Positions 24,401-37,402 of a DNA stretch of 64,000 bases are shown in pieces; the stretch's first letter is position 1, and each line of letters begins with the position of its first letter. The stretch comes from Xylographa opegraphella (taxonomy: Eukaryota), in assembly GCA_022813865.1 (NCBI GenBank), contig JALDZX010000081.1, forward strand, positions 1-64,000, read 5' to 3'. The notes under the pieces are model-generated. The model had not been told where the DNA came from. It made no database searches and saw only the letters and a list, made by a program, of their open reading frames with translations. A program made the position numbers and the translations under genes.

Positions 24401-26226
24401 AGTGGTGGTCCAACCTTGTGGAAAACAAAATACCTATGACTGCAGAATTCCGTTTCAAAGCGCAATGGCAAGACCGCAACGGTACTCTTGGAGACACATG
24501 GGTTTTGGCTAGCGCTTACCCCGAGAAACACGAAAATGGCGACCTAAAGAGTGTGTTTGGCAGTATCACCAACATCAGTCAGCAGAAATGGGCGGAAGAC
24601 TTCCAGAAGAGGCGAATGGAAGAGGCTGTGGAGCTGAAACGTCAACAAGAGAGGTATCAGTCCGCTGTACTCATTGAAGAATTATGACTGATATTCATGC
24701 AGCTTCATCGATACGACTTCGCATGAGATGCGCAATCCCTTAAGCGCTATAGTGCAATGTGCTGACGAGATCTCCACCTCTCTGACAAACTACAAGGCGA
24801 CTTCTGAGAGACCAATGCTCCCAATAGAACTAATAGATAGTAACATAGATGCTGCACAGACTATCGCATTATGTGCCAATCATCAGACTCGCATCGTTTC
24901 CGATATATTGACATTGTCAAAATTGGATTCCGCTCTTCTTCTTGTTACTCCTGTGGATACTCAACCAGTCTCCGTAGTTCAGCAGACGCTGAAGATGTTT
25001 TCAGGAGAGCTTCAGACTGCGGACATACAAATGCAACTAAAAACAGATCCTTCATGGGAAAAGATGCAAATTGACTGGGTACGGCTAGACCCCTCCCGGC
25101 TTCTGCAGGTTCTAATCAATTTAACCACCAATGCCATCAAATTCACTACTGGGCAGCCGAAAAGAACCATCACAGTGACCCTTTCGGCATCGCTGAAGCC
25201 GCCTTCTGAAGACGTGAAGCCTTGGGTTTCCTACATCCCAACAAGACGGCATCGGAAGGACACAGTAGACAGTATGGATTGGGGCGATGGGCAAGAGGTT
25301 TTCGTCCATTTCGCAGTTCAAGATACTGGTCGAGGATTGAACGACAGTGAGAAAAAACTACTCTTCCTCCGATTTTCGCAGGCAAGCCCGAAAACTCACG
25401 TGCAATACGGGGGCTCTGGGCTGGGATTATTCATTTCACGAGAGCTAGTTGAATTGCAAGGTGGCGAGATTGGAGTATCTTCGGAAAGTGGCCGAGGTAG
25501 CACCTTCGCATTCTACATCAAGGCCAGAAGATCTTCGGCGCCAACGGAAGCCGGTGATCAATCCATCAGACCAGTTACACTAGGCAGAACATCACTTGGG
25601 AGAGCAACGACAATATCATATTCTGGAAGTCAAGCTTACCTAGATACCACCGCTGTCCGGCCGCAGGCAATTCCGAGTAAAGATTTGAAAGTTTTGATTG
25701 TTGAGGATAACTTAGTCAACCAAAGTAAGTCTTCGGAGCTGCACAAGCGTGAACTGGCCGCTAAATGCTACACAGAGGTTCTCCAAAAGCAGCTCCGTAA
25801 CCTTGGCTGCACAGTCCATGTAGCCAATCATGGTGGAGAGTGTCTAGACAGACTGAAGGACTCGCGGTTTTGGATCGGCCATGAGGATCACGGGTTGCAA
25901 TTGAGTGTGATCCTGATGGACTTGGAAATGCCGATCATGGATGGCCTGACTTGTGCCAAAAAGATCCGAGGACTTCAAAGGAAGGGTGATATTGTGAGGC
26001 ATGTACCTATCATTGCTGTCACGGCGAACGCGAGAGTCGAGCAGATTACTACAGCTTTGGAGTCCGGCATGGTTCGTTATATCGGTACCTCTCATAGGTG
26101 AAGCTAATGTCCATGCAGGACGATGTCGTGTCCAAACCATTCCGGATACCCGATCTCATCCCAAAGATCGAGAAATTGATCGCTAAATATAAAGACGTGA
26201 TACCCAACCTCGAGTCTCTGGAGTAG
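21437..26226 (+). CDS. Cytosolic hybrid histidine kinase (PAS/GAF-like, HisKA, HATPase, receiver), 5 exons
   Basis: H-box FIDTTSHEMRNPLSAI, N-box LINLTTNAIKFT, G-boxes DTGRG and GGSGLGLFIS, receiver VLIVEDN..LMDLEMPIMDG..TANA..DDVVSKPF. PAS-like APVGMFIANSTGKITYCN. Introns near 23395, 24654, 25725 and 26072. Confidence 0.95.
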
Positions 26227-26525
26227 AGGAAGTTTGTTAAAAGAGTTTGGGCTTTAGACGCATAGCGACGGTCTGGGGATCATATATGGAGTCGAGCACC
26301 ATTGCTGCTCAGCGTACGACCGGTGGCATCTTCTTTGCGTATGTTTTATATCTTCCCACATTCTCCCAAGCGCCTGTCATACACCCGTTTAGCGTCATGT
26401 ACGATTGCGCCATGTTACCCCACATCGGCATCATTCCTCATCGTCCAATGCAGTGTAGAGCATGCCAATATATTCCATTTGGACTACCTTCGAGAATCTT
26501 GGTCTACTGATCGCCAGATTTGTAC

Positions 26526-27766
26526 ATGATGTCTTTCGATACTATTCCAATTCTAGACCTTTCGCGCTCACAGCACGATTCCACCAAACCAGCTTTCCTC
26601 GCAGACCTCCGGCGTGCACTCCTCGAGGTAGGCTTCCTTTATATCAGTAACACAGACATCAGTCCGGCTCTCGTCGACGATGTCATCAGCAATGGCAAAG
26701 CATTCTTTGAGCTTTCCGACGAGGCGAAACTTGCGATTCAAATGAAAAATGCGCCAAGCTTCTTGGGTCTCGAATTCTCCGTCTTTCGGCGCTGAGACTG
26801 AACTATAGCTAACGATTGGCTTCAGGATATTCAAAGCTCGGCAACGAAATTACAGCCCATCGCACCGACTTCCGCGAACAGATTGATCTCTCCACTCCAC
26901 ATCCACTACCCTCGCCGACAGCGCCCTTGTACCATAACCTCCTTTCTCCCAACCAATGGCCAGATCCTTCCATCCTCCCGACATTTCGTCCCGTCTTCGA
27001 GTCCTACATCACCGCAATGTCTCTCCTTGCCACGCGCTTCACCTCTCTCATTGCTGAAGCGCTCGACCTTCCGCCCACAGCCTTCGATCGTTTCTTCGAC
27101 AAAGAGCAGCAACACAAGCTAAAAATCGTGAAATACCCTGATGTTAGCCAAATAGGGCTAGACGGTACGAAGGTATCCGGACAGGGCGTCGGCCCTCATA
27201 AGGACAGCATGCTCACCAGCTACCTTCTCCAGGCCTCCCACCATCGGGGCCTACAAGCACAAAACCTGGCCGGTGAGTGGATTGACTGCCCGCCTATCCC
27301 AGGAACACTTGTCGTTGCGATCGGACAAGGCCTCGAAGCCTTGACCCACGGCGTCTGCGCTAGCACTACTCACCGCGTGCTGAGTCCTGCGGCGGGTGAG
27401 GGACCGCGATTCAGCATCCCGTTCTTCCAAGGTGTAAGTTACGATGCGACTTTCGAGAGTGTGGAGGTGCCGCTGTGGGTGCAGGAGACAAAGGCAAGGC
27501 TAGGGGGAAGGAGGAATGGGGTGGAGTTCACGTTTGAGAAGGGACGGTGGGCGCATTTGGGCGAGGCGACGCTGTGGAACCGGTGTAAGAGCCACGGAGA
27601 TGTGGCGGAGAGGTGGTATCCGGAGATTTGGGGCCGAATACAGGATGGGGAAAATAGGGCAAGCGGGTTTGCAGACGAGAGGGACAAGGAGGTTACGGCA
27701 GTAGAGAGTGGTAGACTTTGTGGGCCGCTAGATGTGGTGAAAGATGCGGCGGTAGAAGCGCACTGA
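26526..27766 (+). CDS. 2-oxoglutarate/Fe(II) dioxygenase (IPNS/DIOX_N family), 2 exons
   Basis: IPILDLS..VGFLYI, HKD iron ligands, THRV, RFSIPFF (RxS). Intron about 26767-26826. Confidence 0.92.
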
Positions 27767-28493
27767 GATCGGGGCTGAGCGAAGGCCGTTGTCATGGTAG
27801 GTTCGATTGATATGATAATCCTTAGAGGAAAGCGTATCCTTGTCTGTAATCCAGTGCCAACACCATCCAGAAGCATCTTTTCAGTGCTTAAATTTAATGC
27901 TGATTCTTGGCAACTTGGGACCAATACGGATGGGTTCGTCTCTCCAACCATCTGTTCAGTCACCAAGTCCTTAATTTCAGTTATCATTATGCATTACTTG
28001 TTACTTTTGGCTAAGTCGCCATCTACCTACACCAGCAAACTTCCTTTTCGCAGTTTGCGTCCTCAGCCTACATCAGCATGGATCGCTTTGCTAGTCCCGT
28101 TCTCGGCCTCGTTTCCACGATGCATTCAGCCCTCGCCAATGGCTCAATTTTTCGCAGCTGTCGCCGGAGGCTCCCTTCACCGTTCCCGAGATGATCGTCC
28201 ACAGCACCGACTACTTGCTCAGCCGGATTTCATTTCGGTAGATTTCTACCCCAACGACACAATCTTCCCTCACCAACCTTCGACGCATTCTTCGCCCTCA
28301 ATGCACATTGGTATAAGCGGAGAAAGGGGCGCGAATGCCGCGTCAGCGTTGATATGCCGAGCCCAGGAAGCATATAGGCCTTTCACCAGGAATTGTGAAT
28401 CACAATTCGTCTCATGAAATACAATGATAGTTTGATAGAGTGCAAGGCATTGGCACACAAAACGTCGCTAGCGATAGAATGCACTTCCCGGTT

Positions 28494-29725
28494 CTAATCC
28501 ACCCACCCCCACCTCCGTCTTGCCCACTTCATCACGTACACCAAACTTACCAACACCGGCACCTCGATCAGCGGACCCACCGTGCTCGCCAGCGCCTGGC
28601 CACTGCCCACGCCATACACGGCAACCACGACTGCAATCGCCAGCTCAAAATTGTTACTCGCAGCGGTGAAGCTCTGCGTACATGAGACCCTATACCCAAA
28701 GCCGAATTTCCGACAGCAAGCCACCACCACGCTGAACACGATGGCGAAATACACCACCAGCGGCGCGCAAACCCGTAGCACGGATGTGATTTGCGTGACG
28801 ACGTGCTGCCCCTGGCTTGCGAACAGCACGATGATGGTGAAAATCAGTCCGATCAGGCTCCACGGCGCCACGAGCCGGATGAACCACAGCTGATAGTTAC
28901 GTTCACCGAGCGCACGGCGCAGGCCGACACGGGTGATAATCGCTGCGGCGAGCGGGATGCCCAAGAAAACAGCCACGCTGCGGGCGACGGTCGCGTAGCT
29001 GACGTCGACGGCGCCGCTGTCATGGCTGACGATCTTGACGTAGAAGATGGCCAACGGCGCAAATAGCACTATCTGTAGCACGCTGTTGAAAGCGACCAGC
29101 ACGGCGCAGTAGTCACCATCGCCGCCGGCGAGATCCGTCCAGATGAGGACCATGGCGATGCAGCGCGCGATGCCGACGAAGATGAGGCCTTGTCGGAGGT
29201 CTGGGCGGTCCGGCAGAAAGGCCCACGCTAGGCCGGTCATGAGTAGCGGGCAGAGAATCCAGTTGACGACGAAAGATATTAGCAGCTGTGTCCAAAGGGC
29301 GCGGGAGCGAAGCAGGATGTGTAGGGTTTCGAAGCGGACTTTGCACAGGATGGGGTACATCATCACGAGGAGGCCGATGGCGATGGGGAGACTGACGCCG
29401 ACGAATTGGCCGCGCTGCAAGGCAGGGCCGGTTGAGGGGACGAAGTGCCCGAGTAGGATACCTAGGGCCATGGCGAGAAGGATCCAGAGGACGAGGAAGC
29501 GGTCGAGAAAGGAGAGGCCTTTGAAAGGAGGGACATCATGTGCCGAGGATTTCGCATCTGTTTGGGATGGTTAGCTAGATGCCGATATGGAAGCATGATA
29601 TGTGGTCACTCACTCGAGTCTGTATTTTCCTCGAGATCCACGTTTCGCGCATGACGCTCGTGCTTTGCAGGAAGAACAGTGTCGCTGTCGAACTCGGGCA
29701 GCACTGACCGTTCAACGGTGTCCAT
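28494..29725 (-). CDS. ACR3: Arsenite efflux transporter Acr3, 2 exons
   Basis: GLSFLDRFLVLWILLAMALG, MMYPIL, ARCIAMVLIW, SNNFELAIAV, GPLIEVPVL. Intron about 29612-29558 (GTGAGT..GCTAAC..CAG). Confidence 0.95.
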
Positions 29726-31580
29726 GCTTGTTGATTCGGGTTTGTAGGAATATCCTTCAGAGCCATTTGCTGTCAGTCGCAGAAGTCTGCTTTTGTAGCA
29801 CGATGAGCGCCGACGTTCTAGTCGTTTCAGCCAATGAAAAGAGGGGAGTGACACTCCAAGGAGAAGGTCTGACATAATGTGGCGTGCCAAGCTCTTACAT
29901 AAGGGTTCGCCAATACTCTGTTGAAGAACATCGAACTTTTCTTTCTCAGCAAGACCGTTTTAGGATTGGTGCTTTCTCTATGGCCTACCGTGATGCTCCG
30001 CATTAACAGCTGCAGACTTTGCCTTAGGCTCTACGATGGGTCGGCCCCAAACTGCCAATCGCCCGTTGAACTGTCCGGCCATCAGCAGGTATAAACGATG
30101 CGCTGCCAAGGCACATGAGTACCTGGCCTGTTCAATTTTCATAGACCCATTAATGATCCGTATATCCATCACAATTGCCCCATCCTCTGCTCGCTCTTCT
30201 CCCAACAACTCGCTACTCTTCTTGCCTCCCTTATCTTTCGCCTCACACTCTCCACGGACTCCATCTTCACAGCATCCATACCCTCCTCGTCCACCCTGCC
30301 ACTCTTTCCCGTCACCTCATGCCTCTCCTCGTGCAGAAGCTCCGGCTTTGATCCTTGAAACAATTTGGTCGCGCCCACTACGTTGTAGCTGCTAGCGTGG
30401 GCCATTGTGTGCTGGTCTTGTGCCTTGCTGCAAAATGAAGACTCCTGTAGCCGTCAAAGGAAGGAAGGAGAGTTTATTGTCGGATAATTGATTATACAGA
30501 ATGGCCAACGTTCTCATGCTATGTCGGGGTATTTGGAGAGAGGAGGGTGAAGAGAGTGATGAAGGTGGCTGCTGGCTGTTCCCGCCTACGGTTTTGATCC
30601 TTGGCTCGTCTGTTCTCAGACTTCGCCGGGACTAGTTTACGGCGTCAGAACGATTGAACCAATGCTCCCGTTGGCTCGTGTTGCCGCGCGGATGAGCGTG
30701 TCGAATGGTGTATCGTTCTTGATTCCAGCAGCAACGGACTCGATAGTGCTGCCGCCCATCCTCTCGTCTGAGCCTGAAATACCGGTCGACGCTTGGAAGC
30801 CGACATCATTGGCATTATATGTCAACAAGAATGATATGGAGTTTAAGCAAAATCAAGTGAAAAGCAAGCAATGGCGCATGGCACAGAAAGATAATGAAAC
30901 AGGAATGATAACACATTATCGCCAAACCCCATTCGAAAAATATTGGTCCTTTTTGATATTGCAAGCATTTGGATTCATGGTAATAAAACGAAACCAGGTA
31001 TCTTTTGAGAAAGGCATGTCTATCGTAAACTAAGCAGACACGAAGAGCCAATTGCACGCAAAATCGTCCAATCATTTCACCATGCACGCCAGTACTTCTT
31101 TGTCCAGCCTCCCAACCTCTGCAAAAGGCAGCCGAACATTCGCAGAAATGACCATCAAGTACGAATCTGTATGCTGTACCTGAAGCCTGATACGTATGCC
31201 CCGAAGCCAAACACCCAAATACCTGCCGCAAGGAAATTGGAAACAGTGCGAGGCCAGCATTTGCGAATGTTCCCCGAATGTGCTCCACCACCAAACGCGA
31301 AAAGGGGGAATCATCGCCAAATGCCATAGTCGCTCCGGTCTGAAACCATCCTCCCATTCGGTACAAGCCCTCCCACTTTGGTCGTAAATGTGCTTCCGCT
31401 TGCCCTGATGCCATGTATTTCCCAACCACTATGCAGTACATGTAGTAAGAGACAAGGACAGATCTAGACAAAATGGTGATTATGAGGACAGACGTTTCAC
31501 CAGCAAGGAAGCCACGTCTAGCGCCAGAGCGCCATGCCACGAATAACAACAGAATACGAAAACCACAGCCGTCGCGATAA

Positions 31581-33254
31581 TCAACGTCCAAGCATATAGT
31601 CAGGGAATGATCCGCTTTGACCGTTCCAAATACCACCATGACCCGCCATTGTAGGGCTTTTCATACCAGACATGCCCATGCCCATTCCAACAGGGCTCAT
31701 GGGACCACCAAAGGGGCTGTTGAGCATACCAGTGTTGGTGGGGCTTCCCAAGGTACTGATGGAGCTTCCACTGTTTCCATTGCTATTGCTCAAGCCTGGT
31801 GGAGCAGAGAGCCCTGGCGGCGGCCCGTTTGCTGTCGAAAACGATTGCATGCCGCCGAATCCACCTAAGCCAGACATGGGTCCTTGTGGAGACATTGGAG
31901 TTGGTGGACCCATCCCGCCCGGTTGACCGGTGCGGACTCCGAGAGGATTCTTTGAGAAGCTCAGCCGAATTCCACCCTTCACGCTATTGTGTAGCGGGTG
32001 CCCATATAGTTCATTCAAAGCCTTAGTGGCGAACGATACGTCTTCAAATTCAACAAAACACATCGGTCCATTCTGCTTGGTTCTAAAGCAAAGTCGCTTA
32101 TAGCCACGCTGCTTGGAAAACATTGCCTTCAATTCATCTTCCGATGTATCCACAGGGAGATTGCCGACATACAAGGTGTTGCAAGGGGGATTCTGATCTG
32201 CTGGATTGACCGGAGGGTAGTTGTGCCGTTGATAATGCTGACCAGCCAACTGATACGTGGCATTTGGACCCATATTGGTCATTCCTGTGGGGGACATAGC
32301 AGCAGTCGGGCTTTGGATAGATCCCAGGTTCCGAGGCGAAGAAACCCCTTGCATTGGAGGTGATGCCATTCCATTTCCATTCAGAGACAAGTTATTGAAC
32401 CGAGCAGTTGCGATATTGGGGTTGGTTGAGCGGCGAGAGAGCTGCCCAATGGTGCCTGCCATATCGTTCTTGGCATATGCAACAGGGTCTTGGAGCAATT
32501 TTCCAGTCTCGTCGTCGACACTGTCTTCACCGATGACAGATTTACCAGAAATTCGTTGGCGCTCTAGAGGATGCCCAATTGGAGATTGTGGTGAAAAGAG
32601 ATTCTGAAAAGAAGGTGCAGCATCCGGAGTCGGGAGTTCACCATTGAGAGGCGCCGTGTTATTGAACGCTGCTGAGGTACCGCCGGGTGGGGAGATGCGA
32701 TCCAGTGTCTGAAAGGTGCCATTATATCGTGACGACTGACGAGTACCTTGACCATTTGAAGATCCCGTAGAGGAACTCAAGCTCGGGGTAGCAAGTGTGT
32801 TTCGTCGTAAACCAAGTCCACCACCAGGAGACAGATGCAGAACCTCGACAATCATATTCGCTTCGCCGGCTGTATTAGGTTTCCCGTCTAGCATGGCCCT
32901 AGCTTCTTGAGCAGCATTCGCCGTACGAAACTGAGCTATTGCCGATAGATAACCGTTGTCCTCCACATACTCCTGCCGCACAAATTCTGCGCCAACAAAG
33001 TCTTTGGCGAAAAGAAACATGCTCTTGAGGGCGTCAGGATTTGTATTGCGCGGTAGCTTACGCATGAAGATCGCAGACGCTACCTGGGAGTCTGGGCGAA
33101 TGTTGAACCTTTCAGCTCCTGTGGAAAATCCTGACTTGGTCACGGCATTATCGAAAGGATCGGACTGGCTCATAGGTGATAATGGCTGTGACGATGGAAA
33201 TCCATAATGATTTATACCACTCCCAGTGACCGCCATGTACCCCTCAGTGGTCAT
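31581..33254 (-). CDS. Whi3/Whi4/Scw1-like RRM RNA-binding protein
   Basis: [54 protein letters not shown], plus a degenerate N-terminal RRM and low-complexity G/S/N/M/P regions. Confidence 0.92.
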   Translation of the reverse strand: MTTEGYMAVTGSGINHYGFPSSQPLSPMSQSDPFDNAVTKSGFSTGAERFNIRPDSQVASAIFMRKLPRNTNPDALKSMFLFAKDFVGAEFVRQEYVEDNGYLSAIAQFRTANAAQEARAMLDGKPNTAGEANMIVEVLHLSPGGGLGLRRNTLATPSLSSSTGSSNGQGTRQSSRYNGTFQTLDRISPPGGTSAAFNNTAPLNGELPTPDAAPSFQNLFSPQSPIGHPLERQRISGKSVIGEDSVDDETGKLLQDPVAYAKNDMAGTIGQLSRRSTNPNIATARFNNLSLNGNGMASPPMQGVSSPRNLGSIQSPTAAMSPTGMTNMGPNATYQLAGQHYQRHNYPPVNPADQNPPCNTLYVGNLPVDTSEDELKAMFSKQRGYKRLCFRTKQNGPMCFVEFEDVSFATKALNELYGHPLHNSVKGGIRLSFSKNPLGVRTGQPGGMGPPTPMSPQGPMSGLGGFGGMQSFSTANGPPPGLSAPPGLSNSNGNSGSSISTLGSPTNTGMLNSPFGGPMSPVGMGMGMSGMKSPTMAGHGGIWNGQSGSFPDYMLGR

Positions 33255-36125
33255 AGTGGGCCTTGGCAAGTGGTGAAGAAATCTTGATGTCTATGTGGAA
33301 GGACTTCAACGAATACTGTAAGCCTGGTCGACTGAAAATCGCAGTTCTGCCGTTGGAGAACGCAGGCACTCTGCAGCGAGCAGGGTCAATATTCGGCGCA
33401 ACTACCGCTCAGGTTCCAATTCTTTTGCAGTTGGAAGGGCGGTGTCTGGTTCCTGCGACTATTTTCAAGGTGCAGACATTGGTATAACAGATTAGGCAAG
33501 TAGAGGGAAGTCGATAGCCTTGCGCAATGAAAGACTTGTCAGCAACTTCTCTCAATCCACGACGGTTCTACTGACGAGGACTATCGAACTGCTCGTATCT
33601 AATAATACCCCACTGGACTCCAAGTGACAACAAGCTGGACAGGAACAACACCAGGGTAAGTGGCACCAATGTAACCTTTCACGAGCTTCGGTCGCGACCT
33701 GAGAGCTCGGTGGAGAATTGGCGCTCGATGCGATTGACTTATGTCACTCACGGTGGTCCGCAACGGATGACCAGAGGTGCGCTTGCGATAACGGTGACAA
33801 GAGTCGAGAATGCGACGATGTGGGATACAAAGCGATACGTAGGTCGATATTGATGCAGGGGTGACAGCCGTTGGGTTTGACAGGCGGTCGCAACGACAGT
33901 GGCGGTCTGATCGCGCACGAGCCGCGAGAAAGCCTCGAATATGGCGTGAACAACACCGCAGAAATCCGGTGAACGAGGCTGGTGGGCGGTATGGAATGCT
34001 GAAGATTACTCAATTACGGAGAGACGTGAGTGGAAAGAGGTCGAGGTCGTTTTGGGGGGGCTCCGAATTCCCACGGTATCTTAGCCTAGGTGGCTTATTA
34101 GTCCTGCGATTGGATACCCACGAGCTTGGTGGTTGCGGGCAGCTTTCAGTCCACCGCAGACGGCGCAGCCTGTTAGAGGAAAGACCGACCGCGCGCCGTC
34201 TCGGCAAGTCAGCCAGTAGGTAGCAATTCCCTCGTGTAAGAACTGAGGAACGATCAGGCTGGAAGTGCCGACCGAGGCTGCTGGATTGCTAGGACGAGGA
34301 CTCGAGAGACGAGCGACGCACCAACGACTCGAGTGCACGCCACGGAAACGTCAGGTCTTGCAACAACGGAGCATGGGCGGTTCGAGATGAGGAGAGATGA
34401 AAGAGAGTGTGGAGTAGAGAAGTGGTCGATGCGGCGAGCCACATACAGGTGGTGGTGGAGACAACCTTGGAGGGCCGGCTTTGTCCGCGCTAAGAAAGTG
34501 TCCCTCCACGCAAGTGTGACTGACTTGGCCCCAGGATGGCTTCGAGAGCGCCAGCCAAGTCGGAAGAACTCTACTTCGTACTGACGTCGAACTTCAATTG
34601 TTCACGAGCTGTAGTATCACGATCATTGGCACTACTGTTTCCTATTCTCCGCCCGTGCGGCTCCTGGACAAGTTGTCTCTGCCCCTTCTGCTGGCGGAGC
34701 TGACGGAGGCTCTCAGGGTCCGGTCGCTGCTGAATAAGGAAAGCTGCTTAAGCGAAAGTCAATGCCTCTCTCCACAACAAAGCTACCAACCTGACAACCT
34801 ACCTTACCTTATAACATTACATGACCTTACACCGTACCGTCGATGATAATCTGCGCCGTCACTCCGCCGCTGGGTCACCAACCCGTCCTGGTCCTGCACT
34901 TACGGAGTAGATCACCGGCCGGTAGCTCGACGCCGTCAGCCCTCGCACCATGTCTTCGGTTCATACCATAGGCACTAGCACTATGAACGGCTCGAGGGGT
35001 CAGTCCCGATGAAAGGTCCTTGCGTGCTTGTAAGCATCGTTCATTGGGCCAAACGCCTGCGCTACACAACCCTGGGATTGGCGCAGCCTCAACTATCTCA
35101 GACCAATCAACGGACTCTAATCGCTGCTGAAACCTTGGGTAGGTGTCAGGCTATCTCGACCATCGATATGGGCGTGGTGGAACACTAATCTGACACTCAC
35201 CACTCAGCAGTCACCAGACGTCCGCACTCACTACCTAAACCCTGAGCATCCACACCCTCACCTACAGTACGCGACTACCTCCATTCCTTGCCACTTGCGC
35301 ACAAAAAATGCGTGGTTCAGGAGGATGCGGGGGAGAATTCAATCCAGCCCAAATATCTTCACGACGGTAAAAGCTGTGCTTAGATTGCCGACCGCAAGCG
35401 CCGCCGTTTGTCAGGTTGGTGCACTGGCTGCTCAAGATGTGACTTCTCGTATCATCTGCCTACTGGCTGCCCAACCCATCTGCATCGAACGAAGCCTCAA
35501 ACTGACTGCGATGGCATTGATTCTGAGTGATCGGTGTGATACAGCGCAGAGCGAAAAGATTAGAAACACCTGGGTAAGTGATACCTGACGTCAAGTTGTC
35601 CTCGCCGTCGCAAAGGGGAAGACGAATTCTATAGGACGTCCAGTACAAGAAAGTACCCTACCATTCGCCTTTGTGTGGATAATGGCAAGCTTGTTATTGA
35701 AAAGCACCAATAAGCATGTCAGTCACCTCATCTGACTCAAGGGAGCTTACGGCTGCCGAACAACGAATTCGTCACGAATCACGACAGGTAAGGAGGTAGG
35801 CGGCTACATGGATCTTGGCAAGCACATGCCGTGCTGCATGTTGTTCGTCCGCCAGGTCACTTCTAACGTTGCACTGCAGCCACGGTCCGATGGCTTCTGG
35901 TCACGGGACTCGGAAGGGAAGGATGGAAGGCGATCCCGGCCGGCACCATCAATCAGCCCACGGCAGTTGGGACCGCCCATATCATATGAGACCAACAGAC
36001 GTTATGAATATCGTATCGTATCCCAACAAGTAATACGCAAGCAATACATACGCAAGCCCATTCTATCCTCTGCTTACAGGTAGTAGTACTTGATGTGAAA
36101 GCCAGCCAGCAGTCGGGCTGCATCC

Positions 36126-36854
36126 TCAATAGTCCTGCACCCCGGTTTCACCTTCACGATGAAACTCCTGCGATCGAGCATCGTGAGCATCTCCAATCCA
36201 CCGTGGTTCTTCTTCCTCAAACCACTTCTCCTCCTCTTCTCGCTCCTGTACGCCCCGATCGTCATACTCCTCACCCTCGTCAATGGCTGAATACTCGACC
36301 TCGTCGTCCTTCCCCCCCAGGAACCTCAGCTCCATTGCCTTCCGCCACCGCTGCATACCCTCCTCCTTCGTATGCGGCACCTCGTCCCTTTCCTCTGCCA
36401 GTATCTCCCCATGCGCTCCCCGCTTGTATGTCATCACCCCTGCATCTACGGTGTTCGTCAGAGCCTCGACCTTGGCCTCAGACCTCCATAAGTCTGCCTC
36501 CAACACGCCCGAATACCCCTTCTTCCTGCCCTCCTCTTCTCGCTCAGCCGGTGTCTGGAAGCGCCTCACCAGGCGGTCGTAAGCCAGGGGATCTTTCGCC
36601 AATCAGCCGTTTCGTGGAGAGAGATGAGTGCATGGTAGATGCACACCTGCGAGCTCGAGAGAGGAGGAGAAGTACTCGGGATGCAAATCCAGATACCGCT
36701 TGCGCCGGTTTTTGGTTATGATGCGGGCGACGGAGGCGGGGGATCTGGTCCGCGGTAATGCGATTGCGTTGTTGTCATTGTTGTTGTTGTTGGGGTACGA
36801 AGAACTCTCTGTAGAGTCTGTGGCCGGAGCTGCAGGTAATGCTGACATGGCCAT
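36126..36854 (-). CDS. CCDC97-like protein, 2 exons
   Basis: KNRRKRYLDLHPEYF | DPLAYDRLVRRFQT..MELRFLGGKD..EEEKWFEEEEP. Intron about 36646-36594. Confidence 0.85.
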
Positions 36855-37402
36855 CGTGCTTGCCCGGAGAAAGAGTCCAGACCCGGAAGAATTGATACGG
36901 AGCAAATTCCTGATGACGACAAGATGGCTTTCGGAGGTGGGAGGGAGCTTGGACCACCGAATCCCGGTCTGGCTATCTTAGGACTAGTATAGCTCGCCTA
37001 GATATCCTAGCCAGGACCTTCTGTGGTAAGGTTACTAACTACGTAGGGCGTGGTCCAAGCTTTTGCTCTTTTGGCCTTGGCCACGGCCCTGGACTTTCTT
37101 CCACGGAGATAAGGTAGGTTTCATATATACTCGAACACTCTATCATACCTAATGTATCCTTCAAGTCGGAGTCCTTTCATATAGCTCATCCGCGTATGCT
37201 ATTTTCTGATAGCGCTGTCTCGTGCTTTCATGGTTGTAAATCTCCGTACGAGAATCACCTAGGGCATCGGATTTATTGCAGGCTCTGAGCATCTTCTCCC
37301 AGTCTGATTATATGATTTTCTATTTGCGTCCTCGTCACCCTCTCATAAAGAATCTAGCAAACTTGCGCTTCAGTCCGTCAGCATTCGGCGTCAAGAGCAG
37401 GA

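Noticed and set aside
555..27766. Secondary-metabolite cluster from the acyl-CoA ligase, Zn2Cys6 TF and 2OG oxygenase
   Set aside because: No PKS, NRPS or terpene backbone gene, and the genes are separated by signalling genes.
27794..28417. 207-aa ORF between the oxygenase and ACR3
   Set aside because: No motifs; lies in a convergent 3' region.
30815..31639. 274-aa minus ORF
   Set aside because: Overlaps the Whi3-like stop and 3'UTR, with non-protein-like composition.
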